Shown here piece by piece: positions 1 to 8,875 of a stretch of 64,000 bases of DNA (position 1 is the first letter of the stretch; each line of letters opens with the position of its first letter). A model generated the notes under the pieces. It saw nothing but the letters and a program-made list of their open reading frames with translations, had not been told where the DNA came from and made no database searches. A program made the position numbers and the translations under genes. This DNA is from Tepidisphaera sp. (GTDB taxonomy: Bacteria > Planctomycetota > Phycisphaerae > Phycisphaerales > UBA1924). The stretch is from contig CP051526.1 in NCBI GenBank assembly GCA_050916045.1, positions 2,784,001 through 2,848,000 on the forward strand. The letters run 5' to 3'.

Positions 1-315
1 CGCCCGGTCCTCTACCGGCGTGGCACGGACGAGAAAGAAGTCCAGGCCACCATCGGCAAGACCGAGTTCGAGCAGGCCGACGACGCGGGACTCATTCACC
101 GAGTGGAGTCGCGGGACTTCCTCGTGCGGACGGCGGAACTGGATCTGGGCGCTGGCCCGATCCTCCCGCGGGCGGGCGACCAGATGCGAGAGACGGTCGG
201 TTTGAGCGTGTTCGTGTACGAGGTCAATGCGCCCGGCGGCCAGCCGCCATTCCGGTACAGCGACCCGTACCGCAGGGTTCTTCGGATTCACACCAAGCAC
301 ATCGCAACGGAGTAA
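1..315 (+). CDS. Phage head-tail joining protein, 5' truncated by window
   Basis: Frame 1 is open from base 1 (RPVLYRRGTDEKEVQATIGKTEFE...RVLRIHTKHIATE*). Size, beta-rich pattern and position fit a head closure protein. Confidence 0.55.
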   Translation, partial: RPVLYRRGTDEKEVQATIGKTEFEQADDAGLIHRVESRDFLVRTAELDLGAGPILPRAGDQMRETVGLSVFVYEVNAPGGQPPFRYSDPYRRVLRIHTKHIATE

Positions 316-317
316 CG

Positions 318-611
318 ATGGCAGAAGGCAACGGACAGAACGGCAGTGCTCGGTGGGCCGGAGTGGTCGTCACCGTCGTGCTCGCGGCGGGCGCGATGAC
401 CATCCAGTGGGGCGTGGTGACCACCAAGCTCCAGCAGGTGGAGAAGCGGCTCGACGAGTTCATCGGCGAGGCCCGCAGCATCCGCGCTCAGTACGCCGAG
501 ATGGAACGCAAGATCTGGTTCCTCGAGGGCAAGCTCTCCGGGCTGACATCCAACTCGCCACGACAGAGCGTGCCAACGACGGGCTCGCCTGTGATCGGAG
601 GCGGCCCTTGA
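318..611 (+). CDS. Small membrane protein (one TM plus coiled coil), possible holin-like
   Basis: 97 aa; hydrophobic WAGVVVTVVLAAGAMTIQWGVV followed by a heptad-like helix. Confidence 0.5.
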   Translation: MAEGNGQNGSARWAGVVVTVVLAAGAMTIQWGVVTTKLQQVEKRLDEFIGEARSIRAQYAEMERKIWFLEGKLSGLTSNSPRQSVPTTGSPVIGGGP

Positions 612-1039
612 GCACGATTGCCGCCCTCGCCGACGCCGTCGCAGCGCACGTGAGCGCCGGGTCCTTCGGGCAGCCGCTCACGGCCGTGCGGATGTTCCAG
701 CCCGCGTTCACGCTGGAGGACCTCAAGGACCTACGGGTCTCGGTGGTTCCCCGCACGCTGCAGATGTCGCCGGTGACGCGGGACAGCCTGGCCATCGAGT
801 ACGTCGTGGATGTGGGCGTGCAGAAGAAGCTCCCCGCCGAAGGGGTGGACGCGGCGATCGATGAACTGCTCGTGCTGGTCGAGGCGATCGCGGATCACCT
901 GCGTTTCAAACGGCTGGAGGGCTTCCCTGACGCGGCGTGGGTCGGGATCAGCAACGAGCCGGTGGTGTCGAGCGAGGCGCTCGAACAGCACCGGGTGTTC
1001 ACGAGTGTCCTGAGTGTGACGTACCGCGAGCGGAGGTAG
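608..1039 (+). CDS. Putative tail terminator protein
   Basis: TTG start overlapping the upstream TGA; 143 aa; ends with a TSVLSVTY strand; lies upstream of the tail tube gene. Confidence 0.55.
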   Translation: MSTIAALADAVAAHVSAGSFGQPLTAVRMFQPAFTLEDLKDLRVSVVPRTLQMSPVTRDSLAIEYVVDVGVQKKLPAEGVDAAIDELLVLVEAIADHLRFKRLEGFPDAAWVGISNEPVVSSEALEQHRVFTSVLSVTYRERR

Positions 1040-1042
1040 TGC

Positions 1043-1300
1043 GTGAGGAATGCGATCATCTTCAAAGTCGATCTGGACGGAGGCGACAAGCCGCTGTCGG
1101 CGACGAAGCTCGTGGCGACCTTCACGCTCACGGCATCGCACAAGAACACGCAGGACCTGCTGTTGTCTGACGGCAAGACGGATCCGATCGATGTCGCGCC
1201 GGGCACGCAGTACTACTTCGAACGGGTCAACCTGGCGGACATTCTGGTCAAGAGCAAGGGCGGCGAGACGGTCTTCGTGGTCGGCCACAGCGCCGAGTGA
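1043..1300 (+). CDS. Hypothetical phage protein
   Basis: 85 aa ORF with genome-typical codon usage, in the operon. Confidence 0.55.
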   Translation: MRNAIIFKVDLDGGDKPLSATKLVATFTLTASHKNTQDLLLSDGKTDPIDVAPGTQYYFERVNLADILVKSKGGETVFVVGHSAE

Positions 1301-1309
1301 AAGGAGTCA

Positions 1310-1741
1310 GTGATGGCAATCAAGCTCGGCATGGAAGCCGCCCTCAAGTACAAGACGGGCGGGCAAGCAGGCGCAGGTGCGTGGACGGCGCTGGGCAACA
1401 CCCGCGACGTGACGCTGAACCTCGAGGCGGGCGAGGCGGATGTAACCACGCGTGCCAACAGCGGCTGGCGGGCAACGGTCGCCACGCTCAAGGAAGCGAG
1501 CGTGGAGTTCGAGATGGTCTGGGATACCGGCGATGCCGGGTTCACCGCCATCAAGAACGCTTTCTTCAACAACGATCCCATCGGCCTCCAGATCCTCGAT
1601 GCGGCTGCGGGTCAGGGCCTGCAAGCGGACTTCTCGATCACCAGTTTCAGCCGCAGCGAAGCCCTCGAAGAGGCCATCACCGTGTCGGTGACCGCGAAGG
1701 TCACGTACTCAGCGACGGCGCCTTCATGGATCGGTTCGTAA
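1310..1741 (+). CDS. Major tail tube protein
   Basis: RBS aaggag; 143 aa; DVTLNLEAGEADVTTR...ITSFSRSEALEEAITVSVTAK pattern typical of siphovirus tail tube proteins. Confidence 0.75.
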   Translation: MMAIKLGMEAALKYKTGGQAGAGAWTALGNTRDVTLNLEAGEADVTTRANSGWRATVATLKEASVEFEMVWDTGDAGFTAIKNAFFNNDPIGLQILDAAAGQGLQADFSITSFSRSEALEEAITVSVTAKVTYSATAPSWIGS

Positions 1742-1825
1742 ACCCGGCGGCGAAGTCGGTGCAACAGGTATTCAAAGGCTGTTCAACCGCTGTGCAACCG
1801 GCACAGCGTCCCAACGGAGGCACGG

Positions 1826-2341
1826 ATGCGGCAGTTCAAGGACAACGCGGGTCGGACCTGGACGGTGGACGTCAACGTCGCCACGCTCAAGCGCGTGCGC
1901 GGGCTCACGGGCGTCGACCTCATGCAGGTCATCGAGGGAACGCTCATCGAGAAGTTTATCCGCGATCCCGTTCTCCTGTGCGACGTGGTCTATGCGGTCT
2001 GCAAGCCCGAGGCAGACGCCGCCAAGGTCTCCGATGAGGAGTTCGGCAAGGCGATGGCGGGCGACGCCATCGAGGCCGCGACGGGCGCGGTGCTGGACGA
2101 ACTCATCAGTTTCTGCCCGAGCCCGAGGGACCGGGCCAACCTCGGGCGGGTGCTCCAGGCCACCAACCGCGTTCTGGACAAGGCCCGCAACCTGACGGAG
2201 AAGCGGATCGAGACGCTGACCAGCGAGAGCGAGCTGGACAGGCTCGTCAACCGGATGGTGCCCCCTCTCCCCGAGCCGCTGACGCCTGGAAGTTCATCTA
2301 CCAGTGCGCCGGAGCTCTCGGCCTCGACCCCGGGCCCCTAA
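1826..2341 (+). CDS. Tail assembly chaperone (gpG-like)
   Basis: RBS ggagg; sits between tail tube and tape measure; low-complexity C-terminus overlaps a -1 frame ORF. Confidence 0.65.
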   Translation: MRQFKDNAGRTWTVDVNVATLKRVRGLTGVDLMQVIEGTLIEKFIRDPVLLCDVVYAVCKPEADAAKVSDEEFGKAMAGDAIEAATGAVLDELISFCPSPRDRANLGRVLQATNRVLDKARNLTEKRIETLTSESELDRLVNRMVPPLPEPLTPGSSSTSAPELSASTPGP

Positions 2342-2583
2342 CGCTCCGCGAGCTGATGGCCATGCTCGATGGCCGCCAGCGCCACGACTGGTCGATCGCC
2401 GCCGCCGTCATGTCTGTGGTGGCTAACACCGCCCGCGATCCCAAGCGATCCCGCCTGCTCAAGCCCGCCGACTTCGACCCATTCCACAAGCCCCAGCGAC
2501 CCGTCAAGGTTGACGTGTCGGTCCTCAAAGACGTGTTCATCGACCGCCGCATGCCGGAGGTCGCCAAGGAGACTCGTGCATGA
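2278..2583 (+). CDS. gpT-like chaperone extension in the -1 frame (first ATG at 2356)
   Basis: The -1 frame reads ADAWKFIYQCAGALGLDPGPLTLRELMAML..., so protein-like sequence begins upstream of its first ATG, inside gpG. Confidence 0.6.
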   Translation, partial: ADAWKFIYQCAGALGLDPGPLTLRELMAMLDGRQRHDWSIAAAVMSVVANTARDPKRSRLLKPADFDPFHKPQRPVKVDVSVLKDVFIDRRMPEVAKETRA

Positions 2584-3071
2584 AGAGCCTGACCACCCGC
2601 CATTACCTCTATCTCGGTGCCCTGATCCTGCTGGCCCTCGTGCTCGCGTCGTGCGCTGGCCTCGACCTTGGCGACATCGTCAAGGTCAAGACGCCCAACA
2701 CCATCCAGCAGACAACGGGGTTGCCGTCGACGCTGAGCCTTAACGAGGCCGAGGTCGAGTACCAGAACTGGTTCAACCTCACGCAGACGACCGGCGCGCA
2801 GTGGAAGGGCAACATCGAGAAGGCCGGCGAGATCCGGGGGCTGCTCGGCCAACTCACGCTCTCGGCCCTCGACACCGTTGGCCCCACCGTCGCGGGCCTG
2901 CCCGTGCTCGGGCCGGCGCTTCCGGCACTCACCGGCATCGTCGGCCTGTTCATCGGGTCGGGCCGTCTCCGCAAGGAGAAGGAGGCGTCGTTCAACAAGG
3001 GTCTGGAGAAGGGCAGCGGTCTCGCTGGCACCGGCGGCGGGACCGGCGGTCCGGCGGGGAGTGGTGCGTGA
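2580..3071 (+). CDS. Lipoprotein with C-terminal hydrophobic helix (u-spanin-like topology)
   Basis: Signal peptide with lipobox LAS-C; C-terminal LPVLGPALPALTGIVGLFIG followed by basic RLRKEK. Confidence 0.55.
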   Translation: MKSLTTRHYLYLGALILLALVLASCAGLDLGDIVKVKTPNTIQQTTGLPSTLSLNEAEVEYQNWFNLTQTTGAQWKGNIEKAGEIRGLLGQLTLSALDTVGPTVAGLPVLGPALPALTGIVGLFIGSGRLRKEKEASFNKGLEKGSGLAGTGGGTGGPAGSGA

Positions 3072-3505
3072 TCACCATGCGGATCAAGGACATGTTCTTC
3101 GATCGCCACGTCGTCATGGCGGCGGTCGACAACGCCAAGCGGAAGGTGCTCAGCAAGGCCGGCGCGTTCATCCGCACGGCGGCCAAGACGAGCATCCGCA
3201 AACGCAAGGGGTCGGCTCCTCCCGGGGCCCCGCCCCATTCGCACGAGGGCAGCCTGCGTCGGTTGATCCTCTTTGGGTACGACAAGCCTAACGACTCGGT
3301 CGTCGTCGGGCCGGTGGGGTTCAAGCAGAGCGAGGCACCGAATGTCCTGGAGTACGGCGGCGACACCGTCGTGTTCCGCCGGCGCGGCGGCAAGCTCACA
3401 TCGCAGAAGGTCAAGATCGCGCCGCGGCCCTACATGGCCCCGGCGCTCGAGAAGGAGCGGCCCAACCTGCCGCTCTTGTGGCGGAACTCGATCAAGAAAG
3501 GGTGA
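3068..3505 (+). CDS. Tail completion protein, HK97 gp10-like
   Basis: GTG start overlapping TGA; basic protein with SAPPGAPPHSHEGSLRR, LEYGG and IAPRPYMAPALE motifs. Confidence 0.65.
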   Translation: MITMRIKDMFFDRHVVMAAVDNAKRKVLSKAGAFIRTAAKTSIRKRKGSAPPGAPPHSHEGSLRRLILFGYDKPNDSVVVGPVGFKQSEAPNVLEYGGDTVVFRRRGGKLTSQKVKIAPRPYMAPALEKERPNLPLLWRNSIKKG

Positions 3506-5506
3506 TTGAACGTGGCCGACACGCGGGGCATCCGAGCCGGGCGAGCCTTCGTTGAGCTGGGCGTCAGCGACAAGCTGTCGGCTGGCCTGAAGGCGGCACA
3601 GAAGAAGCTCGAAGCCTTCGGCGCTGGGCTGCGGTCCATCGGCACCAAGATGGCGGGCATCGGTGTCGCAGCAATCACGGCGCTGCTCGGCACCGCGAAG
3701 GTGTTCAGCGACTCGGGCGATGCGCTCGACAAGATGAGCGCCCGCACGGGCGTGAGCGTTGAGGCCCTGAGCGAGCTCGGCTACGCGGCGGACCTCTCCG
3801 GCACGGACATGGAGACTCTGGAGAACGGTCTGCGCGTCATGCAGAAGACGCTGACGGAGGCGTCGCAGGGTTCTAAAGGGGCGAATGAAGCCCTCGGTCG
3901 GCTCGGTCTGACGGTGCAGGACCTCGCAAAGCTCTCCCCCGACGAGCAGTTCAAGCTGCTGGCCGACCGGATCTCTCAGATCCAAGACCCGGCGCTCCGG
4001 GCCGCGATGGCGATGGAGCTCTTCGGCAAGGCGGGAACCAAGCTCCTGCCGCTCATGGCCGACGGGGCAGCAGGCATCAACGAGATGCAGGAACAGGCCC
4101 GCAAACTCGGGCTGACCGTGAGTACCGAAACCGCTCGCGACGCGGCCGAACTCAACGACGCGCTGGGCACGCTCTGGAAGGTCCTCAAGCAGGGCGTCTT
4201 CACCATCGGCGGGGCGCTGGCACCCACCATCAAAGACTTGACGGAGCGGATCACGCGGATCGTCGTCAGCGCCACCGCGTGGGTGAAGGCGAACAAGGAA
4301 ACGGTGGTCTGGGCGCTCAAAGTCGCGGCGGCAGTCGCCGTCGCGGGGATTGCCATCGTCGGCCTGGGCTACATCATCTCTGGCATCGGCGCAGCGCTCG
4401 GCATCGTGGCCGCCGTCATCGGCGGGATCGGCACTGCGTTCAGCCTGATCGGGGCCGCCATCGGCGCGATTCTGACGCCAGTTGGCCTGACGATCGCCGC
4501 GATCGTGGCGCTTGGCGGCACATTGCTGGTAGTCACCGGCGCGGGCGGCGAGGCCCTGTCGTGGCTCGCGCAGAAGTTCACCGAGCTGCGTGACTGGGTC
4601 GGCAAAGTGGTCGGCGGCATCTCCGACGCCCTCGCCGCCGGCGACATCGCGCTGGCCGCCGAGATCCTGTGGCTGTCGCTGAAGGTCATCTGGCAGCAGG
4701 GCGTCGCGGCGCTCAACAAGGCGTGGCTGGGCGCGAAGGAGTTCTTCGTCTCCACGGCGTACTCCATGTGGTACGGAGCGCTCGCGGCGGCGGAGATCGT
4801 GTTCCACGCGCTTGAGGTCGCGTGGATCGAGACCACCGCGTTCCTCTCCAAGACCTGGACCAACTTCGCCACCGGCTTCCAGATGATCTGGGAGGAAGCA
4901 TCGTCGTGGGTCGCCAAGCGGATGCTGGAGATTCAGGGGCTGTTCGATAACGGGCTCGATGTTGAAGCCGCGAAGAAGGCGGTTGACCAGCAGCTCGAAT
5001 CCCGGCTCGTCGAACTGGAGAACGCTGCCCAGCAGTCCGTGACCGCCCGGGACAAAGAACGCGAGGCCCAGCGCCGCGACGCCGCCGCGATGCATGAAGC
5101 AACGCTGGCGGGTATCGGTCAGGACTTCGAGAACGCGCAGGAAGCCTTGCGCAAGGACACGGCAGCAGGACTCGCGGAGTCCCAGGCCGCGCTCGATGCC
5201 GCCAAGCAGAAGCTCGCGGCCGCGATCGAGGAGGCCCGCAAGAAGCGAGAGGCCGCAGACGCCGAGAGGGGACCAGGTCGCCCGCAGCGTGACCTGCTGG
5301 CCGACTTCGAGGACCGGCTCTCGGGACTCGGCGCGGCCATCGGCAAGGGCATCAGCGTGACGGGCACGTTCAGTTCCGCTGCCGTCTCGGGCCTTGGCAC
5401 CGGTGGCGATGCCGCCGAACGCACAGCTACCGCGACGGAGGCGACGGCCAAGAACACCAAGCGTCTGCTGGATGCCAGCGTCGACAACGGACTGCGGTTC
5501 GCCTGA
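3506..5506 (+). CDS. Tape measure protein
   Basis: 666 aa, Ala/Gly-rich and helical, with a central hydrophobic block and periodic Trp/Phe; N-terminal AGRAFVEL; follows the chaperones. Confidence 0.85.
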   Translation: MNVADTRGIRAGRAFVELGVSDKLSAGLKAAQKKLEAFGAGLRSIGTKMAGIGVAAITALLGTAKVFSDSGDALDKMSARTGVSVEALSELGYAADLSGTDMETLENGLRVMQKTLTEASQGSKGANEALGRLGLTVQDLAKLSPDEQFKLLADRISQIQDPALRAAMAMELFGKAGTKLLPLMADGAAGINEMQEQARKLGLTVSTETARDAAELNDALGTLWKVLKQGVFTIGGALAPTIKDLTERITRIVVSATAWVKANKETVVWALKVAAAVAVAGIAIVGLGYIISGIGAALGIVAAVIGGIGTAFSLIGAAIGAILTPVGLTIAAIVALGGTLLVVTGAGGEALSWLAQKFTELRDWVGKVVGGISDALAAGDIALAAEILWLSLKVIWQQGVAALNKAWLGAKEFFVSTAYSMWYGALAAAEIVFHALEVAWIETTAFLSKTWTNFATGFQMIWEEASSWVAKRMLEIQGLFDNGLDVEAAKKAVDQQLESRLVELENAAQQSVTARDKEREAQRRDAAAMHEATLAGIGQDFENAQEALRKDTAAGLAESQAALDAAKQKLAAAIEEARKKREAADAERGPGRPQRDLLADFEDRLSGLGAAIGKGISVTGTFSSAAVSGLGTGGDAAERTATATEATAKNTKRLLDASVDNGLRFA

Positions 5507-5536
5507 TCCCCACCCCAAGAAAGGAGGTCTTCGCTC

Positions 5537-6355
5537 GTGCCGGTTGAGGTCTTTGAGAAGTTCGAGAGCCGCCGCTCCACCAAGGCGAATCAGGTCTCGC
5601 AGTCCTCTGCGGAGCTTGGCTACATCGTGCGCGGCACACCGGATGACCTCGTGGCCCGCAACGCGGCGCAGACCGGCTCCCCCGCGACCTACGACGGGCT
5701 GGCCCGGCAGAACGTGCAGATCGAGCCGCTCGGGCCGCAGCTCTGGGATGTCACCGTCCGCTACGGCACCAGCGACAGCGGCGGGACGCCTACGCCCAGC
5801 GAGGCGTCGTTCAACTTCGAGACCGGCGGCGGCACGCAGCACATCACCCAGAGCAAGGACACGGTGCAGGCGCGGGCAGCATCCGGATCGACCGCACCGG
5901 ACTTTGGCGGCGCGATCGGCGTGACCGCCGACGGCGTCGACGGCGTGGACATCACCGTGCCCGTGTACCAGTTCTCCGAGACGCACTACTTCAGTGATGC
6001 GCAGGTGACCGGGGCGTACAAGGGGGCGATCTTCAGTTGCACCGGCAAGACCAACGCCGGGGCGTTCAAGGGCTTTGCGCCCGGCGAGGTGCTTTTCCTC
6101 GGTGCAAGCGGCTCAAAGCGCGGGGATGGGCCCGACGACGACTGGGAGATCACGTTTCGGTTCGCGGCCAGTCCGAACGAGACCGGTCTTTCGGTCGGCT
6201 CCATCACCGGCATCAACAAGAAGGGGTGGGAGTACCTCTGGGTCCGCTACGCCGACGCGGAGGACACGGGGTCCGGCGCGATCATCAAGAAGCCCATCGC
6301 CGCCTACGTCGAGCGTGTGTACGACGACGCCAACTTTGGAGCTCTTGGGATCTGA
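5537..6355 (+). CDS. Putative minor/distal tail protein
   Basis: RBS aggagg; 272 aa, beta-rich; immediately after the tape measure gene. Confidence 0.55.
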   Translation: MPVEVFEKFESRRSTKANQVSQSSAELGYIVRGTPDDLVARNAAQTGSPATYDGLARQNVQIEPLGPQLWDVTVRYGTSDSGGTPTPSEASFNFETGGGTQHITQSKDTVQARAASGSTAPDFGGAIGVTADGVDGVDITVPVYQFSETHYFSDAQVTGAYKGAIFSCTGKTNAGAFKGFAPGEVLFLGASGSKRGDGPDDDWEITFRFAASPNETGLSVGSITGINKKGWEYLWVRYADAEDTGSGAIIKKPIAAYVERVYDDANFGALGI

Positions 6356-6367
6356 ATCCCTTCAACC

Positions 6368-7402
6368 ATGCCTGACGATCTTCGCAAAGTCAGATCCGGT
6401 GATCCCCTCCGCCTCCCCGCTGGCGCGTACAACGCGTTCGTGGACGCGGCGGTCGATCTGCGCCGGCGTCAGGGTCGCGGCGAAGCCGTCGCGGGCCCGC
6501 TCGTCGAGTCTGCCCAGCGCGGCATCGTGCTGGTCCGCAACGACTCCGGCGAGGAGATCGAGCCGTATCACGCGCTGGCGATCACCGGCGTGCTCGTCGA
6601 GCCCGGCGAAGACGACCAGGAGCGGACATTCCAGAGCCGCACTCCGCTGACGGGCGACATCGCCACCGAGGAGACTGCCGGCCCCGCATTCGTCGTCGCA
6701 CTCCAGCCCATCAAGCCCAACAAGCTCGGGCGCTGCGTGCTCACGGGCGTCACGGTCGCGCGGGTGTTCATCACCAACGAGACCGACACCACCTGCGAAC
6801 TCGCGGCCGACGAAACTGTCCTGGCCAGCACACCCATGGGTGGCATCCCGATCCTCTGGAAGGAAGAGGGCACCGGCGAGAAGTGGGCCGTGCTCGAACT
6901 TGGCCGCCCGTCGCCCGGGCGCGTGACCGCGATCCTCGGTGCGGCTCAGGCGATTCCCACCGAGCGCAACCGCTGGCGCTATCCGTGGGTGGAAGCCCAG
7001 ATCGACGGCAACCCCGGCAGCGAGACCTACCTCCGGTACGTGCCCATCGAGGGTGGCCTGTCGTCACAGCTCGCAGGCGGTGGCGAAGACCCCACGCGGC
7101 TGGCGCTCAACCGGTTCGAGGCCCACCACATGAATGACTCCGAGCCCGGCTCTGGGTTCGGTGGCCTGCTCGGGCTCGGCCCGGTGTGCGAGTTGCCCGG
7201 CGTGCTCCCCAAGTGCCCGCCCGCGCGGTCGCTCAAACCCAAGCTCGTGCCGATCCCCGAGGGCGTGTGCGTGCAGCTCACGTGCGAGCGCAACAGCAAG
7301 GGCAAGCCCGTGTGGGTCTTCGAGGCCATGAGCCTGATCGAGATTGCCGACCCCGCGGACGAGGATCGCAAGTTCAACCTCTACATCGGAGGTGCTGAGT
7401 GA
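6368..7402 (+). CDS. Putative tail tip/structural protein
   Basis: 344 aa ORF in the tail operon; no recognisable catalytic motif. Confidence 0.5.
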   Translation: MPDDLRKVRSGDPLRLPAGAYNAFVDAAVDLRRRQGRGEAVAGPLVESAQRGIVLVRNDSGEEIEPYHALAITGVLVEPGEDDQERTFQSRTPLTGDIATEETAGPAFVVALQPIKPNKLGRCVLTGVTVARVFITNETDTTCELAADETVLASTPMGGIPILWKEEGTGEKWAVLELGRPSPGRVTAILGAAQAIPTERNRWRYPWVEAQIDGNPGSETYLRYVPIEGGLSSQLAGGGEDPTRLALNRFEAHHMNDSEPGSGFGGLLGLGPVCELPGVLPKCPPARSLKPKLVPIPEGVCVQLTCERNSKGKPVWVFEAMSLIEIADPADEDRKFNLYIGGAE

Positions 7403-7986
7403 CGACGACCCCGACGACTCTGGACACTCGCCGAGAGAAGGAACGAGCCAAGTACGTGGCGCTGGCCGCCAAACCTGGCTCGACGTACGGCTCGACCAAC
7501 CACGGCAAGCTCGCTGTTCCAATCATCCAGAAGTTCAAGCCGAGGTTTGTCGTGGACTTCGGATGCGGCCGCAACGACCTCGTGCGTGACCTACGCCGGC
7601 TGGGGATCGACGGCCTGGGTGTGGACTTCGCGTTCCCGGATGCCGACCTCGTGCGCCCGATGCACAAGACCTCGCTGCACGCGGGTGTCGCGGATGTCGT
7701 TACGAGTTTCGATGCACTCGAGCATCTGCTGCCTGAGGATGTAGACGCGGTGCTCGCGGAGATGCGCCGTGTGGCCAAGCCGCGCGGCCACTGCGTGTTC
7801 TCGATCTGCACCCGTCCCAGTAAGACCACCGTCGCCGGCGAAGGGCTGCACCCGACGGTGCGCTCGCTGGACTGGTGGCTCGACCGCATCGGGCGTGTCG
7901 CCACCGTGATCAGCCCGCGGGCTGATCGGCGGTTCATCGTCGGGCGATTCAAGGGCGGAAGTGATGGGGGGTGCTGCGGTGCGTGA
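7399..7986 (+). CDS. Class I SAM-dependent methyltransferase
   Basis: Motif I VVDFGCGRN; motif DVVTSFDALEHL; RRVAKPRG. Confidence 0.85.
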   Translation: MTTTPTTLDTRREKERAKYVALAAKPGSTYGSTNHGKLAVPIIQKFKPRFVVDFGCGRNDLVRDLRRLGIDGLGVDFAFPDADLVRPMHKTSLHAGVADVVTSFDALEHLLPEDVDAVLAEMRRVAKPRGHCVFSICTRPSKTTVAGEGLHPTVRSLDWWLDRIGRVATVISPRADRRFIVGRFKGGSDGGCCGA

Positions 7987-8875
7987 GAACCAGTCTGATA
8001 TCGCGGCGCTCCAAGCCGGGTTGAAGGCGCGCAAGCCGTCGCGGGATGGCCTGCGCCTCTACACCGCCGACTTCGACTCCGTATCGCTCGGCGGGTTTTA
8101 CCGCGGGCGCTCGGCGTTCCTGATCCTGTCGGGGCCGTCGCTCACGCAGATCGACCTCGCCGCGCTCAACAAGCGTGGCATCGTCACGATGGCGGTGAAT
8201 AACGCGTGGGCCGTTCATCGTCCGACGCTGTGGACGTGCGTTGACGATCCCGGCCGCTTCATCGACACCGGCTGGAAGGACCCGGGCATTCTGAAGTTCG
8301 TGCCCACGTGCATGTGGGACAAGCGGCTCCGCATCCAAGGCCCCGACGGCGCGATGCGCAACAGCGCGTTTCGGGTCCGACAGATGCCCAGCGTCATGTT
8401 CTTCCGTCGCGCGGATCACTTCGACCATGAGCGGTTCCTGACCGGAGACAGCGTCCCGTGGGGCAACGACGCCAAGAACCCCGACTCTTTGGGCATCACC
8501 GGCAAGCGCTCGGTCATGCTCGTGGCACTCCGCCTCCTGCACTACCTCGGCTTCAGCACGGTGTACCTGCTGGGCTGCGACTTCAAGATGGCCGAGGACC
8601 GCAAGTACGCCTTCGCCGAGAACCGGGCCGCGAATGCGATCCGGCACAACAACGTGCTGTATGACTCGCTGGCCCGGCGATTCGAGGCCCTCAAGCCGCA
8701 CTTTGAGAAGCATCGCTTCCGCGTGGTGAACTGCTCTCCAGGCAGCGAGCTGCAGGTCTTCGAGCGCATGGAGTTCGCCGACGCTGTCGCGGCCGCGTCC
8801 GCCGAGTGCGGCAAGCCGGTGAACACACAGGGCTGGTACGAGCCCAACCCGAAAGCCCAGGAGGCCGCACGATGA
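7979..8875 (+). CDS. DUF115/Maf/MptE-like (sialyltransferase-like fold) putative glycosyltransferase
   Basis: AFLILSGPSL, MAVNNAW, and ALRLLHYLGFSTVYLLGCDF motifs characteristic of this family. Confidence 0.65.
   Translation: MRENQSDIAALQAGLKARKPSRDGLRLYTADFDSVSLGGFYRGRSAFLILSGPSLTQIDLAALNKRGIVTMAVNNAWAVHRPTLWTCVDDPGRFIDTGWKDPGILKFVPTCMWDKRLRIQGPDGAMRNSAFRVRQMPSVMFFRRADHFDHERFLTGDSVPWGNDAKNPDSLGITGKRSVMLVALRLLHYLGFSTVYLLGCDFKMAEDRKYAFAENRAANAIRHNNVLYDSLARRFEALKPHFEKHRFRVVNCSPGSELQVFERMEFADAVAAASAECGKPVNTQGWYEPNPKAQEAAR

Noticed and set aside
2609..5986. 1125-aa minus-strand ORF, and similar long antisense ORFs at 18226-20910, 40040-41689 and 60684-63068
   Set aside because: Shadows of well-supported genes on the opposite strand, common in high-GC DNA; no motifs.
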